Shown: positions 1-5,920 of the stretch, piece by piece
Position numbering within the stretch: the stretch's first letter is position 1
Layout: the number at the start of each line of letters is the position of its first letter
Assembly: GCA_046484135.1 (NCBI GenBank)
Contig: JAWOBU010000068.1
Coordinates: forward strand, 1-12,451
Direction: 5' to 3'
DNA length: 12,451 nucleotides
DNA from: a bacterium
Lineage (GTDB): Bacteria; RBG-13-61-14; DATKZS01
The notes under the pieces: generated by a model
Database searches by the model: none
The model's input: the letters and a program-made list of their open reading frames with translations, nothing else
Told to the model about the DNA's origin: nothing
Program-made: the position numbers and the translations under genes

Positions 1-1
1 C

Positions 2-1420
2 GACCCCGACCGGCTGGTCGAGTATCTCAAAAAGGCCTCTGAGCTTCGCGACCGGGCAAGGGCTCTTTACGAAGACGCGGCCAAAAAGGCGGGGCAGGAG
101 CCGGAGGACCTTTCCGGTCCGGCGCAGTGGACGCCAGCGGGAGACCGGCCGGCACTGGTCAAACAAGGTGAAGAGATTTCCATTGAAAAGCGCAAGCAGA
201 ACCTCGGCGACGATATCACCGGCCTTCAAGAGCTCATCACTTACGGCTTGAAGGGTGTTGCCGCTTACGCTGATCACGCCCAGATACTGGGCCAGGAAGA
301 CCGGCAGGTTTACGACTTCATTTACGAGGCTCTCGATTTCCTGACCCGGGAGGACCCCACCACTGACGAGCTGTTGAACTATGCTCTCCGGACCGGCGAG
401 GTGAACCTCAAAGTAATGGAGCTCCTGGACGCGGCCAATACCGGTGTTTACGGCCATCCCGAGCCCACCGCGGTCCGGATCACGCCTAAGAAGGGCAAGG
501 CCATAGTGGTGTCCGGCCATGATCTAAAGGACCTGGAGGAGCTCCTCAAGCAGACCGAAGGCAAAGGCATAAACGTCTACACTCACGGCGAGATGCTTCC
601 CTGCCACGGATACCCCGAGCTGAAGAAGTACCCGCATCTGGCCGGCAACTACGGCGGGGCCTGGCAGGACCAGAAAAAAGAGTTCGACGAGTTCCCCGGC
701 GCCATCCTCATGACCACCAACTGCATCCAAAAGCCCAAGGAGAGCTACAAGGACCGCATCTTCACCAGCGGGGTGGTTGCCTGGCCGGACGTGACCCACA
801 TCCCCGACCGCGACTTCAGCCCGGTTATTGACGCGGCGCTCGCCGCACCCGGTTTTGCCGAGGACGGGCCGGATGAGTCCATAACCGTAGGCTTCGGCAG
901 GAACGCGGTGCTTGGAGTGGCGGACAAGGTAGTGGACCTGGTCAAGGCCGGCAAGATAAAGCACTTCTTTCTGATAGGCGGCTGCGACGGGGCCAAGAGC
1001 GGCAGGAGCTATTACACGGACATGGCAAAAGCGGTGCCGGACGACTGCGTGATCCTGACCCTGGCCTGCGGCAAGTACAGGTTCAACAAGCTCGAGTTCG
1101 GCGACATCGAGGGGATTCCCCGGCTTCTGGACATAGGCCAGTGCAATGACGCCTACTCCGCGGTCAAGATAGCCCAGGCCCTGGCGGACGCCTTCGGCAC
1201 CGACGTGAACGGGCTTCCGCTTTCTTTCATCCTGTCCTGGTACGAGCAGAAGGCGGTGGCGATCCTGCTCTCGCTTTTGTACCTCGGCGTCCGGAACATG
1301 CGGCTCGGGCCCAGCCTGCCCGCTTTTGTTACGGAGCCGGTTTTGAACGTCCTGGTTGACAAGTTCGACTTAACGCCTATAGATAATGTAGAAAAAGACC
1401 TGCAGGCGGCCATGGCGTGA
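2..1420 (+). CDS. hcp: Hybrid cluster protein / hydroxylamine reductase (prismane), 5'-truncated by the window edge
   Basis: The frame is open from base 2 (DPDRLVEYLKKA...GLQELITYGLKGVAAYADHA), so the track's TTG at 248 is internal. Hcp motifs SGHDL, YTHGEMLP, GGCDG, LACGKYRFN, IGQCNDAYS and SWYEQKA are present. Confidence 0.97.
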   Translation, partial: DPDRLVEYLKKASELRDRARALYEDAAKKAGQEPEDLSGPAQWTPAGDRPALVKQGEEISIEKRKQNLGDDITGLQELITYGLKGVAAYADHAQILGQEDRQVYDFIYEALDFLTREDPTTDELLNYALRTGEVNLKVMELLDAANTGVYGHPEPTAVRITPKKGKAIVVSGHDLKDLEELLKQTEGKGINVYTHGEMLPCHGYPELKKYPHLAGNYGGAWQDQKKEFDEFPGAILMTTNCIQKPKESYKDRIFTSGVVAWPDVTHIPDRDFSPVIDAALAAPGFAEDGPDESITVGFGRNAVLGVADKVVDLVKAGKIKHFFLIGGCDGAKSGRSYYTDMAKAVPDDCVILTLACGKYRFNKLEFGDIEGIPRLLDIGQCNDAYSAVKIAQALADAFGTDVNGLPLSFILSWYEQKAVAILLSLLYLGVRNMRLGPSLPAFVTEPVLNVLVDKFDLTPIDNVEKDLQAAMA

Positions 1421-1457
1421 CCTGTTTGCGGGAGGCTGCAATTATAAGTTAATATGT

Positions 1458-1499
1458 GCGGGCGATTCCGGTCGCGACCGGATTCGCCCGCCCGCTTTA
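1458..1499 (+). terminator. Near-perfect 34-bp palindrome after hcp (terminator or mRNA-stabilising hairpin)
   Basis: GCGGGCGATTCCGGTCG|CGACCGGATTCGCCCGC (1458-1491): 17-bp arms with one mismatch, followed only by a weak T-tract (CCGCTTTAT). Confidence 0.5.
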
Positions 1500-1545
1500 T
1501 GCTAAAGAAGAGTGGACATTTGACGAGACAGGAGGAGCGCTCTTC

Positions 1546-2124
1546 ATAAAGTTTTCTGAAATCATCTCGTTTTTAAAAAGCCGGGAGTTCGGCTTCCTGG
1601 TGGCGGGCGCGGTGCTGGCCGGCGCGGGCGGCATTGTTGCGCTCGAGTCGCTTCATTACACGTCCAGCCCGGAGTTCTGCATGTCCTGCCACGAAATGCG
1701 GGTAGTGGGCGAGCAGGGATGGATGCGTTCTCCGCACTACAGAAATGATGCGGGTGTGGCGGCCGAGTGCACTGACTGCCACGTGCCTCCCGAGACCGAG
1801 CTTTACTCCATGGTGTGGGTCAAGTCCCGCGACGGCTTAAAAGACGTATTTCTTCACTTCTTCGGGGAATCGGACCCCCACCGGATGGAATGGGACGAGC
1901 TTCAAGAAAGCGCCCGCCACAAGGTCCGCGACTCTTCCTGCTTAAGCTGTCATAAGAACCTGACCGCCAGGGGGCTTTCTTTAAAGGTCATCATGGCCCA
2001 TCGCGAGTATCAAAGGATGGATGATTTGAAATGCGTCCATTGTCACACCGAGGAATTTCACGGCCGGTTCCGGCAATACCTGAATAATCGAGACCTGGCC
2101 CGCCAGGAAGGAGGAGAGAGATGA
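1546..2124 (+). CDS. NapC/NirT/NrfH-family membrane-anchored tetraheme cytochrome c (quinol dehydrogenase); start uncertain (ATA 1546 or GTG 1456)
   Basis: N-terminal hydrophobic helix, then TSSPEFCMSCHEM (CxxCHxM heme 1), CTDCH, CLSCH and CVHCH. VKSRDGLKDV matches the Lys...Asp quinol-site motif of NrfH. A strong SD (AGGAGGAG, 1530-1537) lies 8 nt before the in-frame ATA. Confidence 0.9.
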   Translation: MKFSEIISFLKSREFGFLVAGAVLAGAGGIVALESLHYTSSPEFCMSCHEMRVVGEQGWMRSPHYRNDAGVAAECTDCHVPPETELYSMVWVKSRDGLKDVFLHFFGESDPHRMEWDELQESARHKVRDSSCLSCHKNLTARGLSLKVIMAHREYQRMDDLKCVHCHTEEFHGRFRQYLNNRDLARQEGGER

Positions 2125-3506
2125 GGACACTAACATGGTTGCTGGTAGCCTTTCTTTTTCTGGCCGCCGGCTTCGGCCTTCTTTCCGTGACCGCCCACCA
2201 GGAAGAAGAACACTCCATGCCGGACTTTGTCAATAGGGTCGAGATTGACCGCGGTCTGACTGACATGGAGCGCGAGTGCATCTCCTGCCACGCCAAGGAG
2301 CAGCCCGGCCGGGTGCACGACTGGTCCCAGAGCGTGATGGCCCGGGCCAACGTAACCTGCGCCGACTGCCACGGCGCGAACCTCTCGGACAAGGACGCCC
2401 GCGACTGTCCCGGCACGGAGAAGTACAAGGACGTGAAGATTACGCCGGTGGTGACCCCCGCGGACTGCGGCCATTGCCACCCCCAAGAGGAGGAGGAGTT
2501 TGCAAAGAGCAAGCACGCAAGGTCGTATGATATCCAGACCCAAGAGCTGAAAGACCCGTTCTTGCGAGGCATGACCAACGAGCTCGAGCGGTCCACCGGA
2601 TGCTGGATGTGCCACGGCTCCGACATCTCCGACGGAAGGCTCACCGTAAACAACTGGCCCAATGAAGGATGCGGAAGACGCAACCCCGACGGCTCGAACG
2701 GAAGCTGCGTGATCTGCCACACCTCCCATCACTTCTCCATCGCAGAGGCCAGGAAACCGGAGAACTGCGGCCAGTGCCACCTGGGGCCGGACCATCCCCA
2801 GGACGAAATCTACTTCGAGTCAAAGCACGGCAAGAGGTACCTCGCTGAAAACGACGAGTGGAACTTTGAAAGCGCGCCGGAAAACTGGGAGCCGGCGGGG
2901 GACTTCACCGCCCCCACCTGCGCCGCCTGCCACATGGCCGGGGTGGGGCCGCTCGCCGTAACCCACGACGTGGGAGAGAGGCTGAAATGGGAAAGCCAGG
3001 CGCCTCTTACCATACCCAACAAGGACTATGACAAAGACAAGGCCCGCGAGAAGATGGTAACCGTGTGCACCGAGTGCCACTCGCCCCGCTGGACCAACAA
3101 CTACCTCGCCAGATACGACAAGACAGTAAAGCACTACAATGAGAACTACTATAAGCCGGCCAAGGCAATAATAGACGAGCTCTACGAAAAGGAGATACTG
3201 ACCGAGTGGCCGGTGTTCGACGAAAAGATCGAGTGGAAGTTCTACGAGTTCTGGCACCACGAAGGCAGGCGGGCCCGCATGGGGGCCATGATGATGGGAC
3301 CGGACTACTCGTGGTGGCACGGGTTCTACGATCTTAAAAAGACCTACCAGGAGATAGTGCATCTCGCGGAAGAGGCAAAAGAGAAGGGACACGGGAGTCC
3401 GGTGTACGTGCCCGGCTCGGGCGGAAAGAACCTCACTCCTGCGGACACGCCCGAGATGCCCGAGGCGTGGAAGAACGTCGAGCACCTGGAAGGAATGCCG
3501 GAGTAA
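2121..3506 (+). CDS. hao: Octaheme cytochrome c of the hydroxylamine oxidoreductase (HAO) family, probably reductive (epsilon-Hao-like)
   Basis: Signal peptide and eight CxxCH motifs (CISCH, CADCH, CGHCH, CWMCH, CVICH, CGQCH, CAACH, CTECH). Family motifs WPNxGxGRxNPDGS, CHLGPDHPQ and HEGRRARMGAMMMGPDYSWWHG. ATGA overlap with the upstream gene; SD GAAGGAGGAG. Confidence 0.92.
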   Translation: MRTLTWLLVAFLFLAAGFGLLSVTAHQEEEHSMPDFVNRVEIDRGLTDMERECISCHAKEQPGRVHDWSQSVMARANVTCADCHGANLSDKDARDCPGTEKYKDVKITPVVTPADCGHCHPQEEEEFAKSKHARSYDIQTQELKDPFLRGMTNELERSTGCWMCHGSDISDGRLTVNNWPNEGCGRRNPDGSNGSCVICHTSHHFSIAEARKPENCGQCHLGPDHPQDEIYFESKHGKRYLAENDEWNFESAPENWEPAGDFTAPTCAACHMAGVGPLAVTHDVGERLKWESQAPLTIPNKDYDKDKAREKMVTVCTECHSPRWTNNYLARYDKTVKHYNENYYKPAKAIIDELYEKEILTEWPVFDEKIEWKFYEFWHHEGRRARMGAMMMGPDYSWWHGFYDLKKTYQEIVHLAEEAKEKGHGSPVYVPGSGGKNLTPADTPEMPEAWKNVEHLEGMPE

Positions 3507-3589
3507 GGTTGTATAGCTTGTGTGTCGCTTGACAAAGCTCATAGAGGTTAACATGTTTTAATAAACAGACGAAGGAGGCAGTAAGAAAC

Positions 3590-4714
3590 ATGAGGTTAAT
3601 GGAGAAGATACTGGTGGCGGTTGATTTTGATGAGTCCTCCCGCCGGGCGTTTCAGATGGCTGCGGTACTTGCTCGGGCTTTTGGTTCCGAGCTGGTCTTA
3701 TATCATGTGAGCGAGGACCTGGGCGATTTTCCGGTCGAGCGCTCCCACCTGAAGGAGGCTTCCGAGGCCCGGCTTGCCGAGTATCGCAATGAGATCGAGG
3801 AGCATGATGTAAAGTCGGTGCGCACCGAGCTTGTGGAAGGGAACCCGCTGGAAGAGATTTGCAGGGCGGCTTCTGAAGAGAACGCCAACCTGGTAGTTGT
3901 CGGCAACGGCGAGAAACCGGAGGACGCACGCCATAAGCTGGGTACCACCGCGGGCAAGCTGATCCGGACCTGCGAGAAGCCGGTGTGGGTGGTCAAGAAG
4001 AACTCTCCCGCCCGGATAACCACCATACTCTGCCCGGTGGACTTCTCGGACACGTCTGCGCGCGCTTTGAAAAACGCCGTCTATCTTGCGCGGGAGTTTT
4101 ACGCCGAGCTTGTCGTGCTTCACGTGATCCAGCACTTTAAGTATGTGTGGCGTCTTTCCGACGCTGCCAACCTGAAGGCCCACGAAGACTGGTTTCGTCT
4201 CCAGAAGGAAAACATGGAGAAGTTCCTGCAGCGGTTTGATTTCCATAACATCCGGTGGAGAAAGGAGGTCTGGGACGGAGAGCCACCCGAGCAGATACTG
4301 GCCGCCATTCGCGACACGGGCGCCGACCTGGCGGTCATGGGAAGCACCGGCAAGACCGGGCTCGCACGGCTCGTCATGGGAAGCACCACCGAAAAGATCA
4401 CCCGGGTCATGCCCTGCTCCATCATCACCATGAAGCAGGAGCAGTTAGTGTCCGTCGAGCTGGCCCGCGAGATCGAAAACATCGAGCGGCATTATCAGCT
4501 CGGCCTCGAGTACCTGGAAAAGGGACTTTACGAGCAGGCGGGAGACGAGTTCACCATATGTCTCAATCGCGACATGATGTACGCCCCCGCCTGGGAAGGA
4601 CTCGCCGAAGCCAAGGAAAAGCTGAAGCTCCCCCAAGACGCAGCCTACGCCCGCGAAAAAGCACAAACCATAAGAAAAACCATCTGGAAGTACCCGCCGG
4701 AAAAGGCGGAGTAA
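3590..4714 (+). CDS. Universal stress protein with two USP domains and a C-terminal TPR-like helical domain
   Basis: USP domain 1 (KILVAVDFDESS...LVVVG...LGTTAGKLIRTCEKPVWVVK) and domain 2 (TILCPVDFSDTS...LAVMGSTGKTGLARLVMGSTTEKITRVMPCSIITMK). The tail HYQLGLEYLEKGLYEQAGDEF...APAWEGLAEA fits the TPR consensus. SD GAAGGAGG. Confidence 0.9.
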   Translation: MRLMEKILVAVDFDESSRRAFQMAAVLARAFGSELVLYHVSEDLGDFPVERSHLKEASEARLAEYRNEIEEHDVKSVRTELVEGNPLEEICRAASEENANLVVVGNGEKPEDARHKLGTTAGKLIRTCEKPVWVVKKNSPARITTILCPVDFSDTSARALKNAVYLAREFYAELVVLHVIQHFKYVWRLSDAANLKAHEDWFRLQKENMEKFLQRFDFHNIRWRKEVWDGEPPEQILAAIRDTGADLAVMGSTGKTGLARLVMGSTTEKITRVMPCSIITMKQEQLVSVELAREIENIERHYQLGLEYLEKGLYEQAGDEFTICLNRDMMYAPAWEGLAEAKEKLKLPQDAAYAREKAQTIRKTIWKYPPEKAE

Positions 4715-4753
4715 GACTCCGGTTCGGCTTTTTCCGCATTTTTTTGTTTTTTT
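4698..4753 (+). terminator. Probable intrinsic terminator after the USP gene
   Basis: CGGAAAAG...CGGAGT-AAG-ACTCCG...CTTTTTCCG hairpin spanning the stop codon, followed by ATTTTTTTGTTTTTTT. Confidence 0.55.
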
Positions 4754-4755
4754 AA

Positions 4756-5244
4756 GCGGCGGGAAAAGTTTACAGCTTTCTATAAAAATAAGGTGATGCG
4801 TGCGAGCGGCGTAAGCCGCGAAAAACGCGTAAACAGCCGCCGCGTTCATGAATGCCGGGCTTTGGTGTCAGCATACGTTTCCTTTCCGGAAGACGGCCCA
4901 CATAACTTGTTGTGTGGGTGGACAGAAAAAAATGCGTTTATCGCTTTCAGGGCTTCCAGCCGGACTGTGCGGGGCACGCCTGCCTGTGCGTGTCGCCTGC
5001 CTGTGCGTTCCGCACGCAGACAGGCACGCAGACAGGGCAGACAGGCGGGGAAAAAGTAGAAGGCAGGAACCGGCCCGGCCCCTCCACGCTGCAAAACCAC
5101 CGGCCTCGGCGCTCGGGTCGCACGCCTTAAGTTACCCTGTCCTCCGGGTCGGCATGGAGCCAATATCAGAGAAAAATCCTAAAGGGGACGTCTACTCTGA
5201 AAACAGACAGCAAGGATTGCTGCTCTTTAGTGCAGGCAGTCCCC
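4756..5244. ncRNA. Candidate structured RNA region, unclassified
   Basis: No credible CDS. Several hairpins: 4756-4843 multistem with a GTAA tetraloop, 4896-4919, ~5081-5159 multistem, and 5184-5244 long rod. Confidence 0.3.
4960..5045. repeat. Nested copies of a 29-nt imperfect palindromic (REP-like) element
   Basis: Inner copy 4996-5024 CCTGCCTGTGCGTTCCGCACGCAGACAGG sits within outer copy 4979-4995 + 5025-5036 (CCTGCCTGTGCGTGTCG|CACGCAGACAGG). A degenerate third shell lies at 4960-4978 + 5037-5045. Confidence 0.8.
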
Positions 5245-5375
5245 GCCGCTAATTTCCCCTTTTTCTTTTGTCAAACTTTTCTTTTTAAACCTCTACGGGT
5301 TCAAATCCCGGCCACGATGATTAACCGGATAGCAGTGAGTTCCCATATCAAGAAAGCGGGCGGGCCGGGCTTTTT

Positions 5376-5723
5376 TTATCCCGGCGGCCAGCCCAAAAGC
5401 CGCTTTCCGAGCAGGTGCACGTGGAGGTGGAACACGTCCTGCCGGGCGTCCCGGTTGGTGTTCACCACCAGCCGGTAGCCGCTGTCGGAAACGCCCTGGT
5501 CCTTTGCCACCTGGCCGGCCGTGTAGATAAGATGACCCATGAGCTCCTTGTGGTCCTCGGACACCTCGTTGACACCGGCTATGTGCCGACGGGGTATAAT
5601 GAGTAGATGGAGCGGTGCCTGGGGATTGATGTCCTTGAAGGCTATGCAATGCTTGTCCTCGTAAACCCGCTCCGAGGGGATGTCCCCCGCAACAATCTTA
5701 CAAAAAAGACAGTCTTCAGCCAT
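5376..5723 (-). CDS. hinT: Histidine triad (HIT) nucleotide-binding protein / purine nucleoside phosphoramidase
   Basis: DCLFCKIVAGDIP, AFKDINPQAPLHLLIIP, QDVFHLHVHLLG (HxHxHxx triad) and a WPPG C-terminus. SD AGGAGGAG at 5736-5729. Confidence 0.96.
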   Translation of the reverse strand: MAEDCLFCKIVAGDIPSERVYEDKHCIAFKDINPQAPLHLLIIPRRHIAGVNEVSEDHKELMGHLIYTAGQVAKDQGVSDSGYRLVVNTNRDARQDVFHLHVHLLGKRLLGWPPG

Positions 5724-5758
5724 TAGCGCTCCTCCTGACTATCGAATAAAATCAAGCC

Positions 5759-5787
5759 CCTATAAAAAGACCGCGTCTTTGTATCAA
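5759..5787 (-). promoter_or_regulatory. Candidate sigma70 promoter of hinT
   Basis: Minus strand TTGATA-17 nt-TATAGG. The spacer holds the inverted repeat AAAGAC-CGC-GTCTTT (5766-5780). Confidence 0.35.
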
Positions 5788-5841
5788 ACGTATCATAAAA
5801 ACACGGCCGGCCCAAATAAAAACCGCCCCATAACCTGCTAT

Positions 5842-5876
5842 AAAAGTTCGGGCCGGCCATTTTCATGACCGGCCCG
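5842..5876 (-). terminator. Intrinsic terminator downstream of the FG-GAP lipoprotein gene
   Basis: Minus strand CGGGCCGGTCAT-GAAA-ATGGCCGGCCCG: 12-bp stem with one wobble and a GNRA loop, followed by AACTTTT. Confidence 0.65.
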
Positions 5877-5920
5877 GTAGGTGGATGACGCAAGTTGTCA
5901 GATCAGGATGGGAAGGTCTT

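Noticed and set aside
3529..3557. TTGACA upstream of the USP gene, or an FNR/Crp-like box TTGAC-AAAG-CTCAT
   Set aside because: No good -10 at 16-18 nt spacing (TAACAT is at 14), and the box matches the FNR consensus at only 7 of 10 positions.
4960..5045. Repeat cluster as a CRISPR array
   Set aside because: Repeats are nested and inverted with no unique spacers, and there are no cas genes.
5146..5157. GGGTCGGCATGG resembles the 5' end of the antigenomic HDV ribozyme
   Set aside because: The downstream P1 partner (CCGACC) and the P3/L3 core are absent on this strand, so this is a chance match.
5060..5200. Partial resemblance to c-di-GMP-I (GCAAAACCACCGGCCT) and fluoride (GACGTCTAC) riboswitch segments
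   Set aside because: The other required conserved elements are missing, and no gene lies downstream in the sense orientation.
5296..5315. tRNA T-arm-like CGGG-TTCAAAT-CCCG
   Set aside because: Only a 4-bp stem, with no acceptor stem, D-arm, anticodon arm or CCA and no integrase nearby. Not callable as tRNA, tmRNA or an att site.
4793..5478. Short ORFs in the USP-hinT interval (4793-5059, 4846-5163, 4848-5252, 4912-5130, 5230-5478)
   Set aside because: No recognisable domains or convincing SD sites. The RQAxRQ/TQTG repeats are translations of the palindromic element.
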